58,004 nucleotides of DNA from Phoronis australis (Eukaryota; Animalia; Phoronida): assembly GCA_002633005.1 (NCBI GenBank), contig NMRA01001068.1, forward strand, positions 2,567-60,570, read 5' to 3'. Made by a program: the position numbers and the translations under genes. This document shows positions 1 through 13,238 of the stretch, in pieces (positions within the stretch are counted from its first letter, which is position 1; each line of letters begins with the position of its first letter). The notes beneath the pieces are model-generated. The model searched no databases, was not told where the DNA came from, and worked only from the letters and a program-made list of their open reading frames with translations.

Positions 1-70
1 GGGGGGGCGGGCTCTGTTTTTGGCGTAGAGCAATCTTCCGTGCTTATCATAACGTTGCTGTCAATTTCAG

Positions 71-3000
71 TTCAAGCGTCTCTACAGTTGAAGATGCCCA
101 AACCGGACATGCCAGAGACACAGCACACCCGTTTTGTCTTCTTAGGCGAGAATGTAAAATTGTTGTGTACGTACACTTCCACATCCGGTACAAACAAGCT
201 CGTAATAAAGAAAGACGACCAACCTGTCATGCCATCTGATGAAGAACATCATATTATAACAGCAAATTCGTCAACGGTGGGGTAAGCGTCTCTGTGGTTG
301 ATCCTTGGCTCATTCGTCGATTAAGTTTGTACTTGCCAACTGTCGCGCAGTATAAAGTTTTGTTTGTCCTGTCGTTCGGCCACACCTTCAAGATGATATT
401 CAAGCAAAGAATGAAGCTCTCAGAGCGTTTATGTGTTTTGCTGCGTCATTGGGTTTTAGCATAGACCCAGATGTTCCGCTTTAGGCCTATATGCGCCCAC
501 ATGTTTTTATGTGGGAGCATGTTGCCGTCATCTTTGCCCGTCCGGGCGTCCGTCGTCCGACGTTCGCAGCTGTATCTCCTAAACCCCTTCCAGGATCTTG
601 ATGAGATTTGGCAGTTGTATTCCTATGAAGCTGGCGACAGATGGCGACGAATTTCGGACCTTTCCGACTACCGGTGTGCCCCCTAGTGAAAATTTTAGTT
701 TTTTACGCTTACCTCCGTATCTTCGGAAGTCCCCAACGTATTTTCATAAAATTTGGAATATAGGCATCTATTAGTGAGATGACACTATCTAGTCTTCGGA
801 TGGATTCGACGTAGTTTGTGCCACCTAGTGGTCATTTTTACTGTTTTCGAGTCTGTTTCTTTGGCGTCCACCCCTCTATATCCACCAAACCGCTGTAAGG
901 ATGATTGTGAAAATTGGCGTGTATGTTCTCATGAAGAGGATGGCTGATGATGATTTTCCAATGACTTCGGCTACTGTGGCGCCTCTTAGGGGTAGATTTG
1001 TTTTTTTTTGGCACCCATGGCTGTATCTCCTAAACCGTTTTCAGGATCTTTACTAAATTTAGCAAGTGTATTTATACGATTTTGACAATGAACGACCACG
1101 ACTTTGACAGGGATCTGACCACCAGTGCCCCCCAGTGGCAATGTTAGTTTTTTAAGTTTACCTATGTATAGTCCTCAACGGAGTTTCATAAAATTTGGAA
1201 TATAGGCATGCATTGTTGAGGTGTCGCTATCCTCCCATTTTCGGATGGATTCGAAGTATTTTGCGCCACCTAGTTGCCATTTTTACTGTTTTCGAGTCTG
1301 TTTTTGCGTCCACCCCTCTATCAACCAAACTATTCTAAGGATGATTTTGAAAATAGGTGCATACCGTTTGCGGTGTAGGTGTGGGTGCATTTCTACGCTT
1401 TGTGTTTCTCTTGTCTAAAGAGTTTAGGGATTTTTTCGATCACTGGTAGTTTGAAAAATTGCTGTTTTAAGGCGTTAGCATGTTTTGCCAGTAGATCACG
1501 GTACTGTTTACTTCCAGAGGAAAACATCGCTTAGAGATAAGCATTCATAACGCAACTTACGAAGACAGTGGAAACTACAGGTGTAAATACGATACAGAAT
1601 CGGTGGAGTTGCTCATGGAAGTAATTAGCGGTATGCAAAAACGGACCGTGGTGACTGGTGACATCATTAAACCACGTTCATTCGCTTTTCTTCTAAGAAA
1701 AAATATTTGGAACCAAATTTTGTTTGTGAGTTGACTAAGTCATTGTGTTGTTAGAAACTTGAATTGCGTCATTCATTCAATAGCACTGCTTGATTAATGG
1801 ACACTTCACTACAAATTCTTTTGATTTAATAACTGAAGGCGACGATAGTGCAGGGTGTTTTGAAACTTATAGATGCACGTCTACCCTTACTGTTTCTTAC
1901 AGTGGTGAATGAAAGCTTCTTAGTTCTTCCCAACGTAACTACGGCAACACTCAGATGTAAAATTGTTCACAGTTCCTCTTACAAGTCCAAAGCATTGACT
2001 ACGATCTGGTTCAGGTATGAGATAGCCGGCCGTTTTAGTCGGCGAGGATTGCAAAAAGACCGAATCAATCAGAAAGCGGTAGTCGAACAAATGTTATCTT
2101 TGCAGTACCGCCAGTGTAGGCTTCTATTGTGTAGGTTTGCTATTTAAAGAGGCGGTTAATATATGTTGTCGACAAACTGACCCGACATTTTTTGGTTTCA
2201 GAAAATCTTTAGAAAACTCTTTTTATTTGCAGTTTCGGTTCTTCCAGTGTCACAGTTTCGGTCTGAATAAATTTGCAACATTAGAGCGGTAAATTTGGCA
2301 TTTCGTGAATCATTCAATGTTCATGTATATCCAAGTAATAAATGCCAGTTCTCCGAAGAACATTTAATCAGTCTCAAGCCAGGTCTGTGAAGAACATTTA
2401 ATCAGTCTCAAGCCAGGTCTGTGAAGCCCGAGCATAACTGAAGTTAATAAACACCCGTGTTCTACTAGAAGCTTAAGGAGAAAAAACAAAAATGCTAGTT
2501 ACGTTGCTTAGGCTAAATCGCTTTCTGAACGAAAAATTTCAATTCAACAAGATCAACAAACAGTCCACCGAACAACTAAGCTAAAGCTGAAAATAGATTC
2601 AAGGAATCGTAATGATTTTGTTCCTCGTCAGTGGTCCAAGTAGTTAGAGCAGTAAGCCAGGGTCCCTCATTACGTCGTACGTCAATCACCCATTTTTTCA
2701 GTTTTGCATAACCCTTGCGTTGCGTAACACAACAACATTCGTCACGTTTTGCGCCTAAAGCCTTGTTTGACGACATTGTCGTAGTGATCACGCTTGCCTG
2801 TTTCTTAGTTTAGTCTCATTTTCGCTTCGTCAATGAATGCATGAATAACACGCGAGATATGTTAAGGTCACGCGACCTTGTCTTACATAAATTGTGTCAT
2901 TGTTCGTTTTGTTGGTCTCTACTACGGAGAACCTCCCATTTAGCCACGATCAAATTAATTAATCTGTTGTTCCCTTTTTCCAGAAAACTTGGGACTGGTC

Positions 3001-6000
3001 AATTGGAGGAAGTCTTGAATGATACTAATATCCAAGTTTCCAAGGAAGAATTAAATATAGCTAACTTGCATTACAGTGAGTATTACTTATCACCAATCCG
3101 TCATGAAATGAATGAGCTTACAAATTTGTCATTTATGTCGTCCGTCCGTCCACCGTCCCTCCAGTGTCCGGCGTTTAGGGTCCACTGCTGTATATCCAAA
3201 ACCCCTTGATGGAAGTTCGTGAAAATTGTCAGCCATGTTTCTTTTGGTCTAGGGCACAACAAGAATATTCTGAATCCCAGGTATGATATGAACCAATTTT
3301 CGGACGGACGCGACTACCACTGTGCCCCCTTGTGGCTATTTTGTTTTTTTTAGGTTAACATCTATATCTAACGTGTTCCTTAACGAATTTTCTTGAAATT
3401 TGTCAAATCTGTGTCTATTATGAAGGCGACTGCACCTTCCTGTTTTCGAATGGAATCGGTGTATTCTGCGCCACCTAGTGGTAATTTTTACTGTTTTCGA
3501 GTCTCATTTTCATTAGCATCCGATTCTCTATCCGCCAAACCGCTAAAAATCATAAAAATTGGCAGATGTATGAGAAGCTCAGGAAGGCAACTCCGACTTC
3601 TGATGCAGCTTTATATATTTTTGTTAAATTTGACAAGTGCATTTCTATGAACGTGTAACTTAGGCCGGATCTGGGCACCACTGTGCACCCTGGGTGCAAT
3701 TTTATTTTGAGTCTTGCCTCTGTTTTTTGGGATTCCCTGGAAGGATTTTTGTGAAATTTGGCAAATGGGTATCTATCATAGGAGACGACGACGCCTTCCT
3801 GTTTTCAGGGGGATACAATGTATTTTTCGCCACCCAGTGGCAATTTTTATCATTTTCATGTCTCGTCTTTTTGCCTCTCTCTCTCCATCTGCGAAAATAC
3901 TTTAAGGATCATTATGAAAATTGGCAGATGTGTTCCTACAGGGTAGAGCACGACTGACGATGATTTTCAGATGGGTCCAACTGCTTTGGCAGTCTCTAGT
4001 AGTATTTTTGCCTGTGGTTCAATATCTATGAAGCTCCTGGCTCTATGTTCATGAAAGTTGGTATGTGTTTGTAAGGAGAGTCCAACTGACGTGGATTTTT
4101 GAACAAATCCGACTACTGTGGAGTCCCTTGGTAAAAATTTTGGTTTTCTGTGCCAGCTGCGCTTGACAATGAAGAAAACTGCCAACTGTTATTTAAAGAA
4201 CTAAAACACTCTTGTTAGAGGATGCTCACTTGAAGTAACCTTAGGGACGAGACAGGTTGGAGTTGGTTATCGTTATTTTTTGTAATAAGGACGGAGTCTG
4301 CTTTGACCATCCAGAGACGAGAAGTGGTCAAAAATGCAGAGACTCAAAACTGGAATTCTGCGTGTTGCTGTTGCAACGGTTACATGTATATTGTTATTAC
4401 GATAACCAAAGTGCCAACCAAGCCTGTCAATCATTACATGGCTTAGTTCGTTTGCATCTAATAATCAGTTTTCACACCCACATGACTTCTTTTGCAGAAA
4501 AAAACGAGAATCTCGGGGAGTATTTGTGCGAAGTTAAGCCAGGAATAAATGCACGTGTTTGGAATTACACAGTGACTATCAACGGTAATGTAATAAGTGA
4601 TATTTTTAAACATTTTTTACGACACAAGCCATATTAGGATTTTCTGTCCATTAGAGTGAGAGATTTTCTTATTTTTTATGACTGTTCACCGTTAAGTGGA
4701 GAAGCTATTTATCCAGGAGTATTTAGAAGACACTCTTTGGTTTGCTGGTTCGGATAAAACGCAATATGCGGAAGTTACGTCATCGCAATACTTCATCCTG
4801 TCAAAAACTGTGGGTTCTTGTCGTGATCCCTATTTTACTTTCATTTCGGCGCCTACTGTCTTTCCGTTGCAGCTGCTGCTGGTGTGGAGCCTATGCCCGA
4901 GTCCAAAAAAGGCGTGCAGGGAAGTCGGTTAGAGGTGAAGTTTATCGTCTACGGCTTTCCATTAGATATCACCTGGACGCATAACAACGAGACTATCGTG
5001 TTTGACGACAGGCGCTACGGTATGTGAAGGAAATGGTTGTCGCCATGGATGGCATTATAGTAGAAAAAGGGAAACGGTTATAGGAAAATCCTCGGGTCAG
5101 CATTGAAAACAGGGAGGCAAATTTTGGGTTATTGTTTCATTCGATTCTAACCCAACACTCAATAAACAACCATTATCTTGGCTATGTCAATTCAAGAACT
5201 TTATGTTTTTAAATAGACAGCTGTATTTTCAGTTAACATCCACAGGCAAATTTTTTAATCGTTTCACCAATACCAGTCTGACTGAGGTCCCTTATATAAC
5301 CTGAGACTAAACCCTGCCTTAGGCAATAGGAATGATACTTCATGGATACAACCTCCGTGTAGTGATCGCACTGAATATGGTACTGACACATTTTGAACGT
5401 TTTTACTGAAATTAATTCTAAAAACCCGATGTTCTGTTTCCCGTTTAAAAGAGCCAAAATAATTGAGAGAAAGTTCAAAATCAATGTACTTAACCGAATT
5501 ACGCAACATACGACTAGTGTTGTGATGTGATATCACAAATATAGCACAAGGCTAGTATACAAGTCTCAAATCAGCGCCACCTATGGTGGAGGAGTATCTG
5601 GTGTAAAGTGCACTGAGACGTTCTTCATAACGAATTGCGTGGGCGAAGTTGAGGCGAAGAGGCCGTAACCTTTTCAGACGCGCTGTGAAATGGCGCGATC
5701 TTGACTTGCATTTCATTGATGAATATATCGTGGATGAAAATTCATCAAATATTCCTACTTCGTATTTTTTTAAAACGCAAAGGCGTGCTCATTTTCCGTA
5801 TACGTAAGACATGCAGTCAATTTCGGGTGCGCATGAAGTTCAAACAAAAAGTTTTAATGTCCGAGCGTTGTTTTCGGCATATGTATACCAGTCAGTACAT
5901 CTAATAACGGAAGTATCGTTTATTCTTGCAAGCTAAACTATGAAATTACACTTGTCTCAAAAATTTTAGATATTTTCGGAGTAGTGAATCTTAATCGGAG

Positions 6001-9000
6001 CAGTGAACCTTCAGAATAGTGAACCTTCGGAATAATGAACATTCGGAATAGTGAACCTTCGGAATAATGAACATTCGGAATTGTGAACCTTCGGAATAGT
6101 GAACCTTCGTAGGCTAATAGTGAACCTTCGGAACAGTGGGATGTTCCCATTCCCAGCGATGTAAGCAACTTACGTAACGCACTAAAATACAACCAGATAA
6201 AAGATTTCGTGAAGTCATTCTCCGACTAAATATTTCCCTCTGAGTATGTAGCGAGGTGTAATCACTCATTTAAGCACGCCTGATTTGAAAGTTTGGCAGG
6301 AGCTAGGTAACGCGAGACCGTTCTCTTTCTGGGCCACATTACAGCGGAATTTGAGTTCCGTTCTTTATAGTGTCGACCTTTGCAAAACATCAAAGGTCCA
6401 TCGTCTTAGAAATCCGAACCACCCCTGCGCAATGCTGTCTACGGGGTTGCATAGTGACAGCAATGTTAACGGTACTTTGTACAGTTCCCCTGTGGTGTGT
6501 TAGTCCCTGCTTTGATGACGTTACTCTGTGCCGTCAAAGAAACGAAAATTGTTTTAAATTACCGCTTTCAGCTATAAAACTGGCCTCAATTTATTCCCGA
6601 CTAGGACAGGAAGTGGTACAGGACTTGAAAATAACTGGCATGTTGTCATAGCCAAAACTCGTCTCATTAAATGATGACCTCCGCAATAAGCAAAACTGTT
6701 TAGCCTGGACTCAGTGGCGGATCTACGGAGGGGGGGTTCAGGGGGTTTAAACCCCCCNTGATACCTAATTGTTTATTGTCGCTTTTAATAATAGACTATG
6801 AGTTGAGAGCACCATCGTTCGCCAGTTTTTCTCGTAACGAGACAGAACACATGTTTATTTCCGGACTAACAGTACAGGTCTTCGTTCTTAAACAACTTGA
6901 GGCTGCTGTTACGCGATCATCTGATATTCAAGTTTTTACGCCCCGTCGGTGTTCCTTAATTATGCTCTTGAATATTTGGAAATTGTCTAAACCCCTGTAT
7001 ACACACCACACTTTTTCGTAATGTACGACTTTTCGTATGCTAAAAAAGGTGTGTGTAAGCAGATGTTCCAACAAAAATTTTTGCTGGTGGCATGACTCAT
7101 ACCCAGATGTGCACAATAAGGTTTCACGAAACTTATGTGCCAAGTTTCAGATGTGACGAAATCGAGAAGGGTTTTTAATTATCTTAAGAAAAACTCCAGA
7201 GACATGTTAAGTGCCAGAAACTTACCAGGGTGCATGGAAATTTCACTATTTGGCTACAAAAACAAAAAAAATATCTTACACGGGAGGGGAAACCCCCTCC
7301 CGACCTCCCCACGCTCGGCGCCACGCGCATAGGATTCGACCTTGGCGGGAATCCTAAACCCCACCCTTGGTGAAAACGTAGATCCGCCACTGCTGGACTC
7401 GAGCTATTGCCAAGTGTAGTAACTGCAAGCCTTTGCTGCTTTGTCAGAAATCAAAGCGTACAATCAAAACGTGTTTTGCTGATGTGATTTAATCGTTTCA
7501 GTTGGGATCGATAAGACTGCCACTCGCAGCCTAGTTAATAATACGTTGACTTTTACATCGCTGGAATACAGTGACCGCGGTTATTACGTGTGTAACGTCA
7601 GTAACGAATACGGGTCAAAAGGTTCCGAAATACTGATCAGAGTGAAAGGTAAGTGTGTACAATTTAATCGAACGTCTGCTTACCCCTGCTTTCTTTTACA
7701 GAGTGGAAGAAAATGCGGTTTGTGAGAAAAGTAATATGTTCATAAAATTGGATTGTATTGAGTAAGAATAAATACATCAGTCGACAAACGGAATATGGTG
7801 ACGAGAAAACCATGTGTTTTGCGTGTGCAGTAGACGAACTCGGTTGAATGCAAAGCTTGGTTCTGGAATGGAACTCTCTGCAACGGAGCTGCTTGTATAC
7901 ATGTAAGTGCGCCCAGATCACTGACGTCATAATGTTCAGCAGCATGCGCCAACTTGACTCGTGTGTCTTTTTATTGCTTTTAGATCCTCTGGCCGCATTG
8001 TGGCCATTTCTAGGTATCCTCGTTCAAGCAATTGTCCTCTTTCTGCTTATCTTCTTCTGCGAGAAAAGGAAACAGAAAACCGAGGGTCCTAGTGGTGCTC
8101 CCACGTCACACGATAACCCGTGAGTTTTTAGACCTATGGTGTTGTATTTAACAACAGCAATGGATTCACAAAAGTTCATGGTTACGTGAAGGTAAATTTC
8201 CCAAACGCGTAGCGGCCCTGATGATTCTATAGTATTTACCCACAATCTTGAGCATCGGACAAGCACAGGGGGCTATTAATTGTACACTACGGCCATACTG
8301 ATTAATATTTTACATTAAAATTAGTTTCCGTTTGACATTCTCACTTGGGGCCTGCTTCAAGACAGATAATACGTCTTGCGCACTCACTTCACAATTACTA
8401 AATAAAGGTTTAATCGTGTTATTATTAACACAACATTGCTTGGAAATAATTTGTACGAGTTTTCTCAGCAAGTAGCAGATATGGGTTTATTCTCAGAAAC
8501 ATTGTTCTTTTGCTAATGTGAGTTTTTAAATTATTTTTCAGAAATAGTTACGTAGACCAACTTTCTGTCCTAAGTCTTTTAAGACGTAGAGCAGAAAAGT
8601 GACTTAAAAGTCAAGGTCTGTTTCATGAAAAGTAGCTTAAAAGTCACTTATCATGAAATAGACCCCTGACGTCATAAAGATTCACTGTTGCATAGTGAGT
8701 TGTGATGTATGGAAGCTTTAAGTGGGTCGTGATATATCCTTCTTCATATGTCCGAGTAGATAATAGTTCAGTTATACTATGCGTTTTCTACCTCACCAAT
8801 AGAGGGGAGGTGAACCCGGGATATGGGGTTTACCTTTTGTTATTGGGCGTCTCATAGCACGCATTGGGCAAAGGTGGTGAAAAACCTGACGTTTGTCGCG
8901 TCCACCTGTCTTTTTTGCAAACTATATGCTGTGGAAAAGGTGATTTTAATTATTTTAAAGTATAACCACCAACTTTCTAATATGTCCTCTGATTATTCAT

Positions 9001-9075
9001 TTCAGTGCCATACAAGATGACGAGAACGTCAGAAGACGGTACGCTCCTGGAGCTTCTCACGTGGCTAACACGTGA
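71..9075 (+). CDS. BSG: Basigin/neuroplastin-family Ig-superfamily membrane protein (3 Ig domains + TM), 5'-incomplete (signal-peptide exon upstream of window)
   Basis: Nine phase-consistent GT-AG exons: 71-281, 1518-1630, 1903-2014, 2984-3075, 4498-4584, 4873-5019, 7502-7648, 7984-8119, 9006-9075 (TGA 9073-9075); about 370 aa in window. Ig motifs GENVKLLC...DSGNYRC, ATLRC..IWF..NLGEYLC and ITW...DRGYYVCNVSNEYG. Family-diagnostic TM RVKDPLAALWPFLGILVQAIVLFLLIFFCEKRK and tail DENVRRR (cf. basigin LAALWPFLGIVAEVLVL..IYEKRR and NVRQR). Orthology to BSG versus NPTN is not resolvable here. Confidence 0.9.
488..1415 (+). mobile_element. Helentron-associated non-autonomous element (HINE/DINE-1-like), shorter copy
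   Basis: 5' subterminal repeat ATGCGCCCACA (491-501) with adjacent inverted copy, CGTC-rich microsatellite, about 140-160 bp central subrepeats, 3' TGTGGGTGCAT (1380-1390) plus degenerate hairpin and CTCTTGT; homologous to copies at 10793 and 53514. Confidence 0.8.
3131..4190 (+). mobile_element. Older diverged copy of the same HINE-like family
   Basis: GTCC microsatellite at about 3138-3160 followed by the same subrepeats (GTGCCCCCTTGTGG, GCGCCACCTAGTGG, GAAATTTG..CA blocks); termini degraded, boundaries approximate. Confidence 0.65.
5670..6151 (+). mobile_element. Partial copy of an element with a 17-bp subterminal tandem array (TTCGGAATAGTGAACC)
   Basis: Array at about 5977-6137. 5670-5930 is an inverted homolog of about 19670-19900, and the end GGGATGTTCCCATTCC matches 19555-19570 in reverse. 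Confidence 0.6.
6712..7392. mobile_element. hAT-like MITE (CAGTGGCGGATCT...AGATCCGCCACTG)
   Basis: Perfect terminal inverted repeats; 7-bp direct repeat CTGGACT on both flanks (6705-6711, 7393-7399); internal similarity to 16697-16927. Confidence 0.8.
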
Positions 9076-10792
9076 CAATTTCGATGATGCATGAGTATCA
9101 AACATGCTTGAGATTAAAACAGTTTTATGAATGGCATATAGACGAATACACTGTACACATGTATGGCATATAGACGAATACACTGTACAAATGTAAAAAG
9201 TAGTAAGAAAAACAAAGTTAGTGATGGAGAAAATGTTTTAATTAGAAATATGAATGTAGTCTAACAGTAATGTATATGGAATTGAACTAGAAGTTAAAAC
9301 AGTATTATTGTGGAACACTGCTGTCCGTAATGGACACCAAATGTTTGTTAAAGAACCAGTTTTAATCCTTTTGTCATCAGAAAAAAAAAAACTGGAGCTC
9401 GTCTCTCGACCAGAGCTTTATGCAGCTGAGCTAACATCAATACAACCTCTTTCGTGTGATGCATTAGGCTACTCGTCAATCTATCATTAGGAACAGTGCT
9501 AAGGCTACGATTTGGCACACACTATGGCAGCAGTGTGGACCTAAGTGATTATAACACTTAAGGAGACAAAATCTATTCCAAAAGACATGGAAACCGACAT
9601 GTCGCCGCCCAGGTCCTTCTGATTGAGTATTCGAAAGTCGAAATCTACTGTGGATGTGTCTATTGTTCTCAGTGTTCTAGAGTACAGTGTGGTTTATGTG
9701 GACGAATCCTTAGTCCAATCTTGCACTTGATGACCCCACCATTAGAGTGGCAAGTTCGAGTCTGAACGCGAAATGTCGAGTTTTATTGGAGATCTTGAGT
9801 TTGTACCTTGAATCTAGAGGTCGTCAAGTGGAAACTTGGAACAGACCGTTGTCCATCTTAACCGTAAGTACTGTAGTACACAAGAATAGACATATGTCTT
9901 GAGTTTGCACAAAAATAGACCAGAAAATATCAAAAATACCTTCGAGTTCCATTTCGAATACAAAGATTTGACCCTGGGTCCAGTAGTCAACTTCTGATAA
10001 TGTAAATATCATTGGTTTTGTAACCAGTCGTGTGCAGATGGGGATGTTGTTTTAGTTTTGTATTTTCTGTTCAGTTAGGACGTTTTAGACAAGTCCCCCA
10101 ACCGTGAGTTTTGTTTATACTTCATAAAATAAACAAAAATCTGATTTTTCTGTGAGTTCTCTGACTACAAAGTAATACGGGCTTTTGAAGCGACAAACGA
10201 AGAAATTTATTCGTGACTGATTTCGTTTGTCGTAAAAACACCTTCAGTCTCAAACGGTGATTCGACGCATTATAAGTCACACAAACAGGTGTTATATAGT
10301 GGACATTTTGACAGTGCAAAACCCGACCGAGTGGCAATGTGCTTTTTGTCACTTCTCATGTCGAAAATCACATGAAAAGCACGGCACTTTAAACTAGCAT
10401 TGCCACGGCAAAGCATAAGGGGGTTACGTCCAGTTGATTACAAAAAGCCATCCTAAAGCGTTTGGTCCACTCCCTGTGCAAAGTAGCCAAAGATATTATA
10501 GTTACAAGTATCATTGAAGTAGCCTCGGTCGCCACTCATTTTACACACGGCTTTCACGCTCCTGTGAAATCCATAACCTCCGATTGACTAAACGATCTCT
10601 GACATCACTACGCGCAACTAAAAAGTCTGACTCAACAAAAGTACTGTGAACATCAAGAGGATGATTTCAGGTGGTTTGAGCTCAGTTCATTTATGTCAAA
10701 TGCACAAATTTTCTTATATTTCGGAGACTGTACTTGTGATATCCGGAAGCAACATACTGTGAAGTTTGTGGTTGGGTACTTTTGCACCCTAC

Positions 10793-12455
10793 TTTTTATG
10801 CGCCCACATATTTATATGTGGACGCATTATGCCGTCATCTCTGTCCGTCCGTCCGGGCGGCGTCCGTCCGGCGTCCGGCGTCTGGCGTCCGGCGTCCGCT
10901 GCTCTATCTCCAAAACCCTTTGACATACGTTCATGAAATTTGGCACATATGTTCCATTCATGAATGGGACGGCATGTGCGAACTTTCGGACGGATCCGAC
11001 TACCGGTGTGCCCCCTAGTGGCAATTTTATTTTTTTACGCTTACCTTTGTATCTTCAAAAGTCCTGAACGGATTTTCATGAAATTTGGTATGTAGGCACC
11101 TAGTAGTGAGATGACGCTATCCTGCCGTTTTCAGATGGATTCGACATAGTTTGCGCCACCTAGTGGCCATTTTTAGTGTTTTCGAGTCTGTTTTTGTGCG
11201 TCCACCCCTCTATCAACCAAACCGCTCAAAGGATGATTGTGAAAATTGGCATGTATATGCTTACTATGTAGAGGACGGTTGACGATGATTTTCCGACGAT
11301 TTCGACTACTGTGGCGCCTCCTAGTGGCAGTTTTGTTTTTTTAGCGCCTATGGCTGTATCTCCTAAACCNNNNNNNNNNNNNNNNNNNNNNNNNNNNNNN
11401 NNNNNNNNNNNNNNNNNNNNNNNNNNNNNNNNNNNNNNNNNNNNNNNNNNNNNNNNNNNNNNNNNNNNNNNNNNNNNNNNNNNNNNNNNNNNNNNNNNNN
11501 NNNNNNNNNNNNNNNNNNNNNNNNNNNNNNNNNNNNNNNNNNNNNNNNNNNNNNNNNNNNNNNNNNNNNNNNNNNNNNNNNNNNNNNNNNNNNNNNNNNN
11601 NNNNNNNNNNNNNNNNNNNNNNNNNNNNNNNNNNNNNNNNNNNNNNNNNNNNNNNNNNNNNNNNNNNNNNNNNNNNNNNNNNNNNNNNNNNNNNNNNNNN
11701 NNNNNNNNNNNNNNNNNNNNNNNNNNNNNNNNNNNNNNNNNNNNNNNNNNNNNNNNNNNNNNNNNNNNNNNNNNNNNNNNNNNNNNNNNNNNNNNNNNNN
11801 NNNNNNNNNNNNNNNNNNNNNNNNNNNNNNNNNNNNNNNNNNNNNNNNNNNNNNNNNNNNNNNNNNNNNNNNNNNNNNNNNNNNNNNNNNNNNNNNNNNN
11901 NNNNNNNNNNNNNNNNNNNNNNNNNNNNNNNNNNNNNNNNNNNNNNNNNNNNNNNNNNNNNNNNNNNNNNNNNNNNNNNNNNNNNNNNNNNNNNNNNNNN
12001 NNNNNNNNNNNNNNNNNNNNNNNNNNNNNNNNNNNNNNNNNNNNNNNNNNNNNNNNNNNNNNNNNNNNNNNNNNNNNNNNNNNNNNNNNNNNNNNTCTTC
12101 AGGTGTGTACTTTGTGTTACTTCGTGACTATGAAGGAAAAGTTCCAAGTAGAAATTTGTTTCTGGCATTCTAATGCTGTGCTAATCTCGTATGTTGGTAA
12201 ATTTGTTTTTAATTCTATGTTTCTGTGGTGCTTTAAGCAACTGGTGTATGGGATGTGCTTGTATTATGAAGATTACTCACATTTTGCCCCTAGCCTATTG
12301 AGGAGACAAGGACCATGCCTTTCCATTTTGCAAAGTACAACATACTACATATATGCCCTCTACTGGCCAGTTTATGGTACCAATAAACAACCCTAGAAGG
12401 ATACCGTATGCGGTGCAATTGTGGGCGCATTTCAACGCTCTGCGTTGCTCTTGTT
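10793..12455 (+). mobile_element. HINE/DINE-1-like Helentron-associated element, full length, spans assembly gap
   Basis: TTTTT-ATGCGCCCACA (10798-10808) + inverted repeat TGTGGACGCAT, (GTCC/GGCGTCC)n, central subrepeats, 3' TGTGGGCGCAT (12420-12430), hairpin CAACGC-TCT-GCGTTG, CTCTTGTT end; nearly identical to 53514-55052. Confidence 0.85.
11370..12095. other. Assembly gap (run of N)
   Basis: 726 N inside the HINE-like element; ORFs 11311..12396 and 11341..12168 are artefacts of it. Confidence 0.99.
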
Positions 12456-12725
12456 AGAAATTGAAACAAGTCTCTTGAACTGAGACCTGTACAAAATCAA
12501 TTGTATTTGCATCCGAGTTGCCGCATGGTTACCTCTGCGGAAATACTGTTTTTTCGTTCACTTTCAGCTAATTCAGAATGACTACCTGCAAAATTGATGA
12601 AATTTCCGTGCTGCATTGACACAGAAAAGGTGAATCTTTTTCTATCTCTCTGTCCGTAGCGATTCAGAAGTTGATGTCGGTGACCGGACATTTAGTTGAC
12701 GTTTAAAGCTAAATTTGGCTGTTTA

Positions 12726-13238
12726 GCTGGTTAAAAATTGAAAATCGAATTAGCACTTGTACAAAAAGATCGGTCACATAACATTCCGTACCCTGATAGG
12801 ATTCTATTTTCGTTACCAAAAAGGACATTGAAACCATCCGGTAACGACGGAAGAAAATGTTCATTGCTAATTGGAAAATGGCGCGTGCACGCATGTGCGC
12901 ACCCAGCCTACATTATAGGGGGGCTCGAATTTTGCGGTATGCGGACATTTTACTGAAAAAAATCAGCGAGAACTAAAAAAAACGGGGCCACTTGGTCCAG
13001 GCCTACGAATTGTGCATCCCCGCCGAATTCCTGTGGTCTTTGTGGACTTTTTCATTCACTGAGGCGGACCTTTTTGCCCAAACCGCTCGTTCGAGCCCCC
13101 CCCCTGGGTGCGCCCATGGTACGCACTGTCCGTGACTTCAGTTGATAACGAAAGTAGAGCCCTACCACGGTAAGGAATATTATGTGACCGATTTTATGAG
13201 AGTAAAAGTCCTAAGTATAATTTCAATTTTTAACCAGC
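12726..13238. mobile_element. Old element with about 95-bp imperfect inverted arms, interrupted by a nested MITE
   Basis: 12726-12820 (GCTGGTTAAAAATTGAAA...ATCGGTCACATAA...TTCGTTACCAA) is the reverse complement of about 13141-13238. Confidence 0.6.
12892..13118. mobile_element. hAT-like MITE (CATG.GCGCACCCAG TIR)
   Basis: TIRs CATGTGCGCACCCAG / CTGGGTGCGCCCATG; flanks GCACG / GTACG; same family as 38784-39043. Confidence 0.75.

Noticed and set aside
2595-2635. Minus-strand CTGACGA-GGAA...TTCC hammerhead-like motif
   Set aside because: GAAA box and cleavage triplet are not present in the correct position.
11311-12396. Long ORFs of 361 and 275 aa
   Set aside because: Artefacts of reading through the N gap.
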